A stretch of DNA of 64,000 bases from a virus. Taxonomy: Duplodnaviria; Caudoviricetes. Shown here in pieces: positions 36,424 through 46,770 of the stretch. The translations under genes were made by a program, and so were the position numbers. The stretch's first letter is position 1. Every line of letters begins with the position of its first letter. The stretch is from IMG/VR virus record IMGVR_UViG_2654588123_000001, positions 8,932 through 72,931 of that record. One strand, 5' to 3'. The notes under the pieces are model-generated. The model had not been told where the DNA came from and ran no database searches. It was given only the letters and a program-made list of their open reading frames with translations.

Positions 36424-38046
36424 TCATTTTATCAACTTATTTAAATTAGTAATTCTCATGAATTCTGGTTTTCGCATTTGTTTTAACAATGCAATACTGA
36501 TTTCTTGATTGTTAATCAAAGCCATAATTTTATGATATGTTTGAAGGTAACCGTTCCTCTTTAACAGTCTTATGCCGTAATACGCCCACATAGGAATAGG
36601 AACCATCTGCCCACAAATACAATTCGTTAACGACTTTGCTAACTCTTTATCTTCAATTTCAATTCTTTGCCCCTTAACGTGTGCTTTGATATGAAAAGCA
36701 ATTCCCGATTCAATGATTAAATACATCTCATTTGTGTTAGTTTTGTAAGGAATTGCGGTTAACGCACTTCTAATCGGTTCATAACGAAACGTCCGGTTTA
36801 AACTCCCAATATATAACTCCATTTTGCTGTTCGCAATTACTGAAAAATCGGACTTAAAGATATCCTCTGTTACTTTATCCCATGGGGTTATTACATGATT
36901 TGGCCGTTCAATTTGTATTTCGTATGAAAAGTTTGGCCTAATAATAAACCTATCCTGAAAAACGGCTTCCCTTCCAACATATTTCCTGTCAACAGAAAGA
37001 ATTGATGGCGTTTTCCCAACATAAATCTCAGTAGTATAACCACCTGAACGGTTTCTATGCAAGTCAACAGGTGCTGTCGCAAATTCTTTATACAGATACA
37101 CATTTGGGCTGCTATTGCCGCTTGAAACAGAACAAACAACAGAAGAATTATTTTTAACAGGAATAAAAAATTCTTGAACCACTACCGGTGGCCATAACGG
37201 AATTAACTCAGGTTGTTTTTCTAATAACACTACCCCAAAAAACCTGTTAAAATAGTCGCTAACGGCCAAAAAACGAGCTTTGTTATCTAAATCTACGTTG
37301 ATTTCAAATACATACACCTTGTAAGCGTTATTTTTTAAGTACAGTTTTCCTATCTCTGTACATTTTATTTCTTTATGAGGCGGAATGCCAATCTTTGTCA
37401 CAAGATAGTAGGTGCGTTGTGTCGAAATACAGTCCCCTCTGCGGATTTTTTTCCCGCCGGTTTCTTCAAAAGAAAATATAGCGCCACCAACGCCAAAACC
37501 ATCCGCAAAACCTGCCCATTGTTTTGAAAACAATCGCATTGAAGAAGTACCGCTAATTTCAATACTATAGTTTCTAGTATTTTTAGGAACAAAATTTACA
37601 GGTATCAGTGTGAGCCGGTCTTCAAAAAAGTTGCTCGAATCTATTCTTTTGGCGATTTTAGTATTGTTATCACCAATAATATTAACTATCAACTTTTGCG
37701 TTTCCGCTTGCATGAGAAGATGTCTGCCTATGGCAGGGAACCCTATATTTAATTGCAGGTTACCGCTGACAACACCAGTTAAATATAACGACAGTCCAAC
37801 CCGTTGGTACAGGCTTAATTTAGCATGACCGTCTACCCTTTTGTCACATTCAGGCGTTTGATCTGTTTTGACTTTATGATAAAAGTGATTAGGTTGGTTA
37901 CCACCTTTTGATCTAAAATAAACAATCTCGCCGCATTCAGGACAGCGAAAACGTGACAATTTATTAGGAATGTACTTTCCATAAAAATCATCAGCACAAA
38001 CCTCTATTTCTGTCCCAATCGCATACCTGTCAACTGCGTATCTCAC
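36424..38046 (-). CDS. Hypothetical protein with N-terminal Zn-finger-like (CoiA-type) module
   Basis: FRCPECGE...FYH...PEC; GTG start with GGAGG RBS. Confidence 0.7.
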   Translation of the reverse strand: MRYAVDRYAIGTEIEVCADDFYGKYIPNKLSRFRCPECGEIVYFRSKGGNQPNHFYHKVKTDQTPECDKRVDGHAKLSLYQRVGLSLYLTGVVSGNLQLNIGFPAIGRHLLMQAETQKLIVNIIGDNNTKIAKRIDSSNFFEDRLTLIPVNFVPKNTRNYSIEISGTSSMRLFSKQWAGFADGFGVGGAIFSFEETGGKKIRRGDCISTQRTYYLVTKIGIPPHKEIKCTEIGKLYLKNNAYKVYVFEINVDLDNKARFLAVSDYFNRFFGVVLLEKQPELIPLWPPVVVQEFFIPVKNNSSVVCSVSSGNSSPNVYLYKEFATAPVDLHRNRSGGYTTEIYVGKTPSILSVDRKYVGREAVFQDRFIIRPNFSYEIQIERPNHVITPWDKVTEDIFKSDFSVIANSKMELYIGSLNRTFRYEPIRSALTAIPYKTNTNEMYLIIESGIAFHIKAHVKGQRIEIEDKELAKSLTNCICGQMVPIPMWAYYGIRLLKRNGYLQTYHKIMALINNQEISIALLKQMRKPEFMRITNLNKLIK

Positions 38047-38171
38047 GTTCCGATCCTCCGGTATTGGATTATCTTTATGCTTATATTTGAATATAAAGCG
38101 TTATAACATTTTATCAAATTGGTTCCGACATTTTTGCTTAAACATGACTTTTTCTATTCGCAAGTATTTAT

Positions 38172-38438
38172 CTAATCTTTAACAGCTGTATCTCTCTTCT
38201 TCCGTCGGCTCCAACGCCGGTATTCCAACATTACGCAGAAATACAAAAACGCAATGATGGACACCATCGCCACCAGGAATGCCAGCTCATCCAGTTCCTT
38301 GAACACGACGGCGGCCTGCATCAGTACATTGCTCCTGTCCGAGAATTCGTAGATATACACTTGTCCCGCCATACCTGTTATCATGCCTATCAGGCCGGCA
38401 ACCAATCCTGTCTTGCAATAACGCAATTTACGAAACAT
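38172..38438 (-). CDS. Small two-TM membrane protein (moron)
   Basis: Two hydrophobic segments; own extended -10 (TGGTATAAT) and RBS AGGAG. Confidence 0.7.
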   Translation of the reverse strand: MFRKLRYCKTGLVAGLIGMITGMAGQVYIYEFSDRSNVLMQAAVVFKELDELAFLVAMVSIIAFLYFCVMLEYRRWSRRKKRDTAVKD

Positions 38439-38494
38439 GATGAATCTCCTGTCCTTATATTGCTATTATACCAAAAAACGCTATCACAAAAAAG

Positions 38495-38525
38495 AAAAAT
38501 GCCCGGGGCAATAACCCGGGCATGA
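38495..38525 (-). terminator. Intrinsic terminator after the late activator
   Basis: ATGCCCGGGTTATTGCCCCGGGCATTTTTCTTTT. Confidence 0.75.
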
Positions 38526-38535
38526 CTCAATACTT

Positions 38536-38946
38536 TTATTCCTTTTCCCCGTCCAAATACTCTATCGCCTTGTCATGGATGTAATGCACGTTCCGGAGCC
38601 TGTACCCCATGGTGACAGCGATTTCTTCCCATTTGCGGAAATTCAGGTACCGTAGTTCAAGTACTGTGCGGTAATCAACATTAGGAATGGATTCTATCGT
38701 TTTCCTCAATTCCCGCTTCAGATCGACCAAGCTGTCGATGTCTGCATTGATCTCGTTTTGCAGGTCCACTATTTTGCAGATGGTTTCTTCCCTTTTATGG
38801 ACATCACGGGTACCGCTGACAGGCTCGTTCCCGAACGTCGTGGTAGCCTTTGTGGCCAATGCGTTCAGGGCTTCCATCTGTTCCAGTTTGTTATCAATGC
38901 GCACATCTATGTAATAGGCCTGCTTCAATAATTCTACTGCTCCCAT
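38536..38946 (-). CDS. Late transcriptional activator (DUF1492/RinA-ArpU-like)
   Basis: YRTVLELRYLNFRKWEEIAVTMGY...HDKAI. Confidence 0.85.
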   Translation of the reverse strand: MGAVELLKQAYYIDVRIDNKLEQMEALNALATKATTTFGNEPVSGTRDVHKREETICKIVDLQNEINADIDSLVDLKRELRKTIESIPNVDYRTVLELRYLNFRKWEEIAVTMGYRLRNVHYIHDKAIEYLDGEKE

Positions 38947-39146
38947 ATTCTCTCATCCTCCTTCTGCAATGCCGCTGCCAACACCTCCGGCTTCAAGTCT
39001 GTGATGGCGGAAAAGTCACCGGACAGTATCCAGGCTATGATCTTTGCCTTTTCCGGGTTTGTTTTAGCCGTCCCCGTTTCCTTCCGGTAATCCTGCACAG
39101 CTTGTATGATGATGGCATTCGCCAGTCTTTCATAGGGGTCTAACAT
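38934..39146 (-). CDS. Small hypothetical phage protein
   Basis: DPYERLANAIIIQAVQDYRK, a common phage motif. Confidence 0.75.
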   Translation of the reverse strand: MLDPYERLANAIIIQAVQDYRKETGTAKTNPEKAKIIAWILSGDFSAITDLKPEVLAAALQKEDERIWEQ

Positions 39147-39147
39147 A

Positions 39148-40500
39148 TCATACCTCCAGCACCGCTTTCACGGCGTCAATCAGTGCGGCCTGCGTCTCAT
39201 CCTTCCGGTTCAATGCAGCCATCACTTGTTCATCCATGGTATCTTCCGTCAGGATATGGTGGATGACCACCGGTTCCTTCTGCCCCTGCCGCCACAGGCG
39301 TGCGTTGGTCTGCTGGTAGAGTTCCAGGCTCCAGGTCAGCCCAAACCAGATAAGCGTGCAGCCACCATACTGAAGGTTCAACCCATGCCCGGCAGATGCA
39401 GGATGGATGACTGCCACGGGAATCTTCCCTCCGTTCCAGTCAGTAATATCCCGCGCGGTCTTCAGTTCACGGACATCGAACCGCTTACGGATCCGAGCCA
39501 GGTCATGCCGGAACCAGTAACACACCAGGATGGGTTTTCCGTTTGCGGCTTCTATCAGATCTTCCAACGCATCCAGTTTCCGGTCATGTATGTGATGCTC
39601 ATTATGCTCTGCGTCATAGATTGCACCGTTTGCCATCTGCAGCAGCTTGTTGGTCAGCGCTGCTGCGTTCATGGCATCAATCTCTTCATCGCCCAGGGAA
39701 AGCACCATCTGTTTGCGGAACTCTTCATACATCCCCCGTTCCCTGTCGGACAGTTTCACCTTCACCTCGTTATGGATGCAGGCAGGGAGGTCCAGGTAAT
39801 CCTCCGCTTTCATGGAGATGGTGATGTCCGAGATGGCGTTATAGATCTGTTCCTCTGCGCCCGGGCGGAGTTTGTAAGTGAACACCACCTGGGCATTCCG
39901 CTTATCCGGCAAAAAATACCGGTCACGGTAACGGCTGATATATCTTCCCAGCCGGGCTCCGTAGTCCAGTATCTTAAATTCTGCAAACAAATCCATGAGG
40001 CCGTTGCTAGACGGGGTACCGGTAAGGCCGACAATCCTTGACACCAGGCTCCTTACCGACATAAGGCTGCGGAAGCGTTTTGCCTGATGGTTCTTGAACG
40101 ATGACAGTTCATCGATTACAACCATGTCAAAGTCAAAGGGTATCCCGCTTTCCTCCACCAGCCACTGCACGTTCTCCCGGTTGATGATGTAAATATCAGC
40201 CTTTGCCCGTAATGCGGCCAGCCTCTCATCCTTAGAACCAATAGCCACAGCATACGTCAGCCCTTCCAGATGATCCCACTTCTCTATCTCCGCAGGCCAG
40301 GTGTCCCTGCCGACACGCAACGGGGCTATGACAAGAACCCTGCCCACTTCAAAACGTTCATATATAAGTTCCTTAATGGCTGTCAGGGTGATAACAGTCT
40401 TGCCTCAACCCAAGCCCATATCCAGAAATACCGCCGCAATAGCGCGGTTCACAATATAATCAATCGCATACTGCTGGTAACCATGTGGTACGAACTTCAT
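39148..40500 (-). CDS. SNF2-family helicase with an in-frame TGA (40405-40407) inside Walker A; recoded gene or pseudogene
   Basis: From ATG 40500: MKFVPHGYQQYAID...FLDMGLG*GKTVITLTAI...VVIDELS...GLTGTPSSNG...GHGLNLQ...QTNARLWRQGQ. Confidence 0.85.
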
Positions 40501-40784
40501 CAGGCATCACCTCCAATCTTCTGTAACACTTCTTCTATCTGATCTGTTCCGTCCACCACAAACACCTGGAAACCCAGCCGCCGGAGCTGGCTGATACGCC
40601 TTATCTGCAGCGGCCTTGGCTTCCTTCCGGGCGCCTTTACTTCCACAAACGCAGCCTTGCCCCCAGGCATCAGTACCAGGCGGTCGGGTACACCGGCACA
40701 GCCGGGAGAGATGAACTTCAGCGCCACCCCTCCCAATCGTGACGTCATTCTGACTAACTTCTGTTCAATCCGCTTCTCTTCCAT
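40500..40784 (-). CDS. VRR-NUC domain nuclease
   Basis: GVPDRLVL..GKAAFVEVKAPGRKPRPLQ. Confidence 0.92.
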   Translation of the reverse strand: MEEKRIEQKLVRMTSRLGGVALKFISPGCAGVPDRLVLMPGGKAAFVEVKAPGRKPRPLQIRRISQLRRLGFQVFVVDGTDQIEEVLQKIGGDA

Positions 40785-43005
40785 CAAGGAACTCCTCCAC
40801 ACGCAGGCGTAGTCCCAGGATGAACCGCCCTTTCATGTTCCGGTACTTCTCGAACCCGGCGTTCTGCAGCGCCGCATAGAAATCGGAAGTGCTTCGGGCG
40901 TATTCACCCATGCGCATACAGTAATTCCGGTACTGCGTATACAGGTTACCGGACCGTTCCTGGTACCTCTTGTCCACATCACAGCAGTCTTCAATGAAAT
41001 GTCCCAGCCAGTTGTTGCTGTCGCGGTACTCGTGGATAGCATCCTCAACAATCCGGGGTCGGGCTATGTGGAACTTGTCCTTTATGATGGCCTGCGCGCC
41101 TTCGATGATCCATGCAAGGATGGCGGGACCGGCCTTTTCAACCAGGTAGTCCCCGTAGTTCTTGATGTCATCCCTGCCCTCTATCTTTGCCAGGAACGGT
41201 ATCACTATAAGCCGCCGCCATGTGCCGGGGTCGTTCGCACCCACCCTGGGAAGGTAGTTACTGTACAGCACCAGCGTATGGGTCGGTGTGAAGTAAAACG
41301 GATCCTTGTATTTCTTCTCTGCGTAGATGTCATCGGTACTGCAAAGCTGTTTGATGTTGCTGGTATTGAGCCTCTGCCCTTCTTCCAGCTCGGCTGCAAT
41401 CAGCAACCGCTTCCCCTTTGCCTCCGCAAGCTCCGGTTTCACGTTCCGCTTGCAGCCGACCGTCAGCGTATCCGCCGACATCTTCCCGGCATAGGTGCCA
41501 AGGACATAGGCGATGGTGTTCCAAAAGGTTGACTTCCCGTTCCTCCCGTCGCCGTAGGCGATGATGAAGGCCTCCACATACACCTTTCCGATAGCCGCAA
41601 GTCCTGCGATGCGCTGGACGTAATCTACCAGTTCCCGGTCCCCACGGAAGAAGATGTCCAAGGCTTCCATCCAGGTATCCATCCCATCATAACCGGGTGA
41701 TACATTGGTAATCTTGGTGATATAGTCCCCCGCCTGGTGTTCCCGGATGCCGTCCAGCCCGTCCGGCAGATAATAGGTGCCTTCCGGTGTATTCAGAAGG
41801 AAGCCGTCCCTGTCCAGTTCTCTCTCACTGATAGTGAGCATCGGCGTCGCGGCGACCAGGCAGGACTTGAGATACTTCGTGTCCCTGCGGGTGATGACGA
41901 ACTGATGATACTGGACGGCATTCCTGTATGCGTCATAGGCCTTGCGCTGGTTATCGTCCATCAGCTGCATGGCCTTCGTCTTGCTGTTGGTCAGGAGGAT
42001 GGTGGCGGCACCCTGGTCGGCGATGACCGTCCACGCCTTTGCCATCATGTCCTCCGCTTCCTTCATCTGCCTGTCCGTCAGTTCCTGGCAGGCGCCCAAT
42101 GCAAGTTCCCTGGATTCGTCCCAGTTCTTACCGTTATAGCGGATGAAACCGGTCGCCGGGGAATATCGCAGTTCATCCCGGAACTCCCTTGCCAGCACAC
42201 GCGCCTGCCCCACATCGGAGTAATCAGCGGGTTTCAGCGTGAACTCCGCGTTGAACACTTCCGGCGGGATGTACCCCGGCTGGCTTGTCACCTTCCTGCC
42301 GAACTTCACGGCGCTCTTCCATATCTTGTTCAGTTCCTCATCGTCCAACGGAGGGTTGCATTTTGATGCCTGCTCCATAAAGGCCTGATACGCCTCCGGT
42401 GTGTCACCCAGCCGTTTGATGATGCGTCCGGCAAAATGTGACATGGTGGCATTACGCCTGCCTTCCGGGATGCCTGACTCCACAGGTTGCATCAGCTGGT
42501 CGATGGTCTTTTCCCCATCGACCCAGACCACTTCCGTCTGGTCTGAACCATAGATGAACCGTGCGGCATCCATGGCATTATCGTCAAAGAAGGGGTACTG
42601 GAACAGTATCTCCTGCTTGATGCGTACATACTCTTCCGGATCGGTGCATTCCGTTATCGGGAAATACACATGGAACCTGGGCCGGGCTGATTTGCCTTCC
42701 TTCGGTTTCCCATGGTTCCTGGAAAAGAAGAACGCCATCTGCACATCCGGGAATGCCTTCTTCACTTTGGCAGGCGTCACCCATTCCGTGGGTTCCTCGG
42801 TATGGTCGTTATCGCAGTCCATGACGAGGCAGTCCGCAACCAGGAAATTGTCGTTGCTGCGGTAGCTGTTCTTAAAGGCGGCGCAGACATGGTCTTTCTG
42901 CACGGCCTGCCGGAAACCGTCAGCATCCGTGATTTCGTGCCTGTGCGGGTACAGGCAGTTCTTCTCCCTGCCTGTGCAGTCCGCTGAATAAATCGTTAAC
43001 TTCAT
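40765..43005 (-). CDS. Primase/helicase, P4/D5 family (primase-PriCT-SF3 helicase)
   Basis: DCDNDH, PRFHVYFP, GRRNATM, YGDGRNGKSTF, KYKDPF. Confidence 0.93.
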   Translation of the reverse strand: MKLTIYSADCTGREKNCLYPHRHEITDADGFRQAVQKDHVCAAFKNSYRSNDNFLVADCLVMDCDNDHTEEPTEWVTPAKVKKAFPDVQMAFFFSRNHGKPKEGKSARPRFHVYFPITECTDPEEYVRIKQEILFQYPFFDDNAMDAARFIYGSDQTEVVWVDGEKTIDQLMQPVESGIPEGRRNATMSHFAGRIIKRLGDTPEAYQAFMEQASKCNPPLDDEELNKIWKSAVKFGRKVTSQPGYIPPEVFNAEFTLKPADYSDVGQARVLAREFRDELRYSPATGFIRYNGKNWDESRELALGACQELTDRQMKEAEDMMAKAWTVIADQGAATILLTNSKTKAMQLMDDNQRKAYDAYRNAVQYHQFVITRRDTKYLKSCLVAATPMLTISERELDRDGFLLNTPEGTYYLPDGLDGIREHQAGDYITKITNVSPGYDGMDTWMEALDIFFRGDRELVDYVQRIAGLAAIGKVYVEAFIIAYGDGRNGKSTFWNTIAYVLGTYAGKMSADTLTVGCKRNVKPELAEAKGKRLLIAAELEEGQRLNTSNIKQLCSTDDIYAEKKYKDPFYFTPTHTLVLYSNYLPRVGANDPGTWRRLIVIPFLAKIEGRDDIKNYGDYLVEKAGPAILAWIIEGAQAIIKDKFHIARPRIVEDAIHEYRDSNNWLGHFIEDCCDVDKRYQERSGNLYTQYRNYCMRMGEYARSTSDFYAALQNAGFEKYRNMKGRFILGLRLRVEEFLDGREAD

Positions 43006-43108
43006 AACTTCCTCCGTTTCATATAACCGGTAACCGTTTCGTGGCTGTGATGGGAATGAAATCATCCCCTACTTAACAACCACGAAAGGGCTTAATAATT
43101 AAGGGTGT

Positions 43109-45049
43109 CTAATCTTTTTTATAGAAGTTGCATTCGTAACCGTCAGCATTCAGAATCAGGCCTTCCGCCCATACCGGCGTCTCTGCCATAATGGCGCAGA
43201 CCTCTGCCACGGAAGAAACTTCGTCCGGCACTTCCAGCACCACCTCGTCGTGAATATGCATAACAATCTTGTACCCTTTATGGGACAGCCGCCGCATCGC
43301 TTCCACCAGCAGATCGCGTGCCGTGGCCTGCACGATGTTCTCCACGAACTTCGGGCCATATGATTCCAGGCGCATCCATTTCCTTTGTTCACCGATGCCT
43401 TCATAGGTGATGGAATCCCCACCGAATTTGTTTACACCGATACGGGGTTTCACGTATGCCAGCCTGCGGCCGGACGGCAGCCGGATAAAGAGTATCCCTT
43501 TCTCATAGGTAATCTTCACCCTGCCGCACTGTTGTGGTTCACGGGTGATGACACACTGTTTCACCGCCCGGTCTACTTCCCACCAGAACCGGTAGATGTG
43601 GGGACTGGCCTTCCGCCATTTTTCTACGATGACGGGCAGTTCTTCTTCGGTCAGTCCCATGTTCAGCGCCCCCATATTGGTCAGGGCTCCGACCGACCCA
43701 CCATAGCCAAGCGCCAGTTCGGCAATCTTTCCCTTCTGCCGGAGATGGCTGTTGACCCCGTGCTTTTCCACGGGTACATGGAACATGGCAGACGCGCTGG
43801 CGCAGTAAATGTCGCCATTATTGGCAAACACTTTCTGCCGCCAGGTTTCCCCTGCCAGCCAGGCGATGACCCTTGCCTCGATAGCGGAAAAGTCAGCAAC
43901 AATGAAACGGCATCCCGGTTTAGGTACAAATGCGGTACGGATCAACTGTTTCAACACATCCGACGGTGAATCGTACAAAACTTCCAGGGCCTCAAAATTA
44001 CCAGTACGTACCAGTCCCCTTGCCTCCGCCAAATCTGACAGATGGTTCTGGGGCAGGTTCTGCACCTGTATCAGCCGGCCTGCAAACCGCCCTGTCCGGT
44101 TGGCCCCATAAAACTGGATCAACCCCCTTGCCCTGTTATCCTTGCCGACAACTTTTTCCATAGCTTCATATTTCTTCACGCTTGACCGCGCCAGTTCCAA
44201 CCGCAGGCACAAAGCTTCACGAACACCCCCGGCCGTTTCCTTTATCTTTACCGCTACCTCTTCCTTGGCCAGCGACTCCATCTCTACGCCCTGCGAAGCC
44301 AGCCATTCCTTCATCTGTATCGGCGAGTTTGGGTTTTCCAGGCCGGTGATGGCCTGTGCCCGCTGCAGGGCATATTTTTTGAACTGTTCGTTGCACAGGA
44401 TAGCGTTCTTAACCAGCACCATATCCAGTTCGATGCCGGTATCGTTAATCCGCTGATCCAGCCAGTAGTTCCGCCATTCATCTGCAGAAACCAGGAAAGC
44501 AGACATCCGCTTCTTGATTGCGAGTTCCACCTCCACATCGCGCAGATTATATGACTTAAACCTCTCCCACTTATCAGGTGCATTAATGGGGAGATTACGG
44601 GTACGGAGACCGTTCGCCTGTGTCGGAGCGCACGGCCTGCAGAAATATTTAATCAGTTCCTTGCCTTCCTGCAGTTTCTGCTTCTCCAGCCCCAGTACGG
44701 CACCAACACCTTCCAAAGACAGCGGCAGCCCTAGGGTCGCCGCCCACACCATGGAGCAGCACCAGCCTACCGGTGACAGGTAGATACCCAGGTACCGGGA
44801 CAGGCAGACACGCTCAAAGGCAGCATTGAACGCCCATTTGATGACATCTGGGTCTGACAGGGCGGTAATGACTTCCTTTGGGATTGTTTCACCGGTGGCC
44901 AGATCAACCACTTGCGGCTCTTCCCCATCCACGGAATAGCCGAAGAGCAGGATGGTGAAATCCGGGTCCTCCGTGTAGCGGTAAACGCCACAGTCGGCAA
45001 GGTCCGTGCCGCTGTACGTTTCAATATCAATACTGATTGATTTCATCAT
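43109..45049 (-). CDS. Phage DNA polymerase, family A
   Basis: SIDIETYS, FNAAFER, DFSAIEARV, RQKGKIAELALGYGG, HIHDEVV. Confidence 0.95.
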   Translation of the reverse strand: MMKSISIDIETYSGTDLADCGVYRYTEDPDFTILLFGYSVDGEEPQVVDLATGETIPKEVITALSDPDVIKWAFNAAFERVCLSRYLGIYLSPVGWCCSMVWAATLGLPLSLEGVGAVLGLEKQKLQEGKELIKYFCRPCAPTQANGLRTRNLPINAPDKWERFKSYNLRDVEVELAIKKRMSAFLVSADEWRNYWLDQRINDTGIELDMVLVKNAILCNEQFKKYALQRAQAITGLENPNSPIQMKEWLASQGVEMESLAKEEVAVKIKETAGGVREALCLRLELARSSVKKYEAMEKVVGKDNRARGLIQFYGANRTGRFAGRLIQVQNLPQNHLSDLAEARGLVRTGNFEALEVLYDSPSDVLKQLIRTAFVPKPGCRFIVADFSAIEARVIAWLAGETWRQKVFANNGDIYCASASAMFHVPVEKHGVNSHLRQKGKIAELALGYGGSVGALTNMGALNMGLTEEELPVIVEKWRKASPHIYRFWWEVDRAVKQCVITREPQQCGRVKITYEKGILFIRLPSGRRLAYVKPRIGVNKFGGDSITYEGIGEQRKWMRLESYGPKFVENIVQATARDLLVEAMRRLSHKGYKIVMHIHDEVVLEVPDEVSSVAEVCAIMAETPVWAEGLILNADGYECNFYKKD

Positions 45050-45099
45050 TCCTCCGAATACAAAAGGGCGACGGCCATTGCCGCCGCCCCGTTTATGTG

Positions 45100-45639
45100 T
45101 TAATTCAGGAAGTCATCATCGTCCAGGGAACTGAAGTCGTCTTTCGCATTGGAACGGCCGCCCAGCGGCTCACCATCTGCAATCTTCTGGATATTGCCCA
45201 ACCCACAGGCGATGCCCTTGTTGCCGTTCGTGTTGTATGCGTAGAAATTGATGCTGACGCGGGCATAGCAACCGGAATAAACTTCTTCCCGGTCCAGGAT
45301 GGGGTTCACTGCACGGTCAACGATTTGCGGTGCGGTTGTGCTGTTGGCGTTGACGAAGTAAGCGTTTTTGTACACTTCGTCATCTCGTTCGGTATCGCCG
45401 TCACGCAAGGGCAGTTTCAGAGCGGCCTTGTTGGGCTTCTTCCCGCCGAACTTGGCGATGCCTTCCTCGATGGCTGCGTCCACAGCTGCATTGATTTTCT
45501 TAACAGTTTCCTTATCACTCTTCGGGATAATCAGGGAGACAGAGTATTTCGGTTTCGAATCATTGATGGAAACAGAATCCCACACATGTGCGTAGCTTAA
45601 ACGAACTTTACCGGTTACAACTTTGGTAGTATTTGCCAT
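45100..45639 (-). CDS. DUF2815 family ssDNA-binding protein
   Basis: VRLSYAHVW, KYSVSLIIPK, LPLRDGD, YSGCYARVSINFYAYN, GEPLGG. Confidence 0.92.
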   Translation of the reverse strand: MANTTKVVTGKVRLSYAHVWDSVSINDSKPKYSVSLIIPKSDKETVKKINAAVDAAIEEGIAKFGGKKPNKAALKLPLRDGDTERDDEVYKNAYFVNANSTTAPQIVDRAVNPILDREEVYSGCYARVSINFYAYNTNGNKGIACGLGNIQKIADGEPLGGRSNAKDDFSSLDDDDFLN

Positions 45640-46770
45640 TTATTTTTCCTCCTTAAAATCAGCTTTAACGTTATTTACAGTAATCGCCGGACGCTTGTCC
45701 CCGACCGGTACCAGCGTCGGTTTGCCGGGCGGTTTTACAATGTATGCGCCCAGAATCTCACTAAATTTCTTTTTGCCCATCAGGCGTTCCATTTCGCCCA
45801 GATTGATCAGGGCCTTGCGATAGATGTCGCGGTAGCCGTTTTCTTCAGCGGCCTTTGCCACTGCTTCTTCGTCCGCATACCTTCGGATAGACCTGCCTTC
45901 TACCAGCTTAAAACCGTCCCAATGTTTCCCGTGGTTGACCGCCGCGTCCAGAGCATAGGCCTGAAGGTCGTTCGCCCACTTAACCAAGTCCGACAGCCGT
46001 GGCAGCAGGGTTTCAATCTCCTCGTCCGTCAACAGCGGAGGCAGGCCGAACTCTTCACGTGCCAGCTTAAGGTTCTCTTCCGCCCTGGCACGGCAACGGT
46101 CTGCGGCTTTGCAGAACAAGCACCAGGAACCGGGATGGTACTTGCCTTCCCCGGCAAAGGCCAATTCCGCTTTGGGCCGGAGTTCCGTCTCCGCCCAGGC
46201 CATAAGCTCCTCCACCGTCATGGTCGCCGTGGAAACGTTGTCCCGCCTGGGCTGAAAGATTGTCATATGGACGGTTTTTACATCATACAGACAGCCGAAC
46301 TGCTGGATTGCACCCAATGCGTAGAGGCGCATCTGGCTATTTCCTTCGGCTTCCACCAGCACCCCTGCCCCATATTTCAGATCCATGATATGCAAGGTGT
46401 CGCCGCCGATGATGATGCAGTCACCGGTGCCGAAGCCATCAGGCACCCAGTTGGAAAAGTCCAGCCTGGTCTCCACCATCACCGTCGGCTCTGCCCCGGC
46501 TTTCCTCATCTCCGACATCTGCTCCAGGATGAATGCGGCGTAGTCATCGGTCGCCTGATTCATGACCTCATCTTCAAACTCGGACACAGGGCGTTTGCAG
46601 AAGTACCGGAGCGCCCGTTTGATCTTGTATTCAGCCAACGCATGCGCCGCCGTTCCCTCTGCCGCTGCCGTAGTCTCCTTATCGGCAAAGGTCGCTTCCA
46701 GCCGTGCGGACGGCGGACATGACAGCCAGCGTTTGGATCCGGATGCCGTCAATAAAGCGTGTCTGCTCAT
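45640..46770 (-). CDS. DUF2800 family Cas4-like exonuclease
   Basis: HALL.AS...WL.CPPS, AAAEGTAAH, GFGTGD, DLKYG.G, WC.FCKA..RC. Confidence 0.92.
   Translation of the reverse strand: MSRHALLTASGSKRWLSCPPSARLEATFADKETTAAAEGTAAHALAEYKIKRALRYFCKRPVSEFEDEVMNQATDDYAAFILEQMSEMRKAGAEPTVMVETRLDFSNWVPDGFGTGDCIIIGGDTLHIMDLKYGAGVLVEAEGNSQMRLYALGAIQQFGCLYDVKTVHMTIFQPRRDNVSTATMTVEELMAWAETELRPKAELAFAGEGKYHPGSWCLFCKAADRCRARAEENLKLAREEFGLPPLLTDEEIETLLPRLSDLVKWANDLQAYALDAAVNHGKHWDGFKLVEGRSIRRYADEEAVAKAAEENGYRDIYRKALINLGEMERLMGKKKFSEILGAYIVKPPGKPTLVPVGDKRPAITVNNVKADFKEEK

Noticed and set aside
40405-40407. Selenocysteine or readthrough interpretation of the SNF2 TGA
   Set aside because: Decoding UGA as an amino acid would leave a two-residue insertion (G-X-G) inside Walker A, and Sec has no known role at this position
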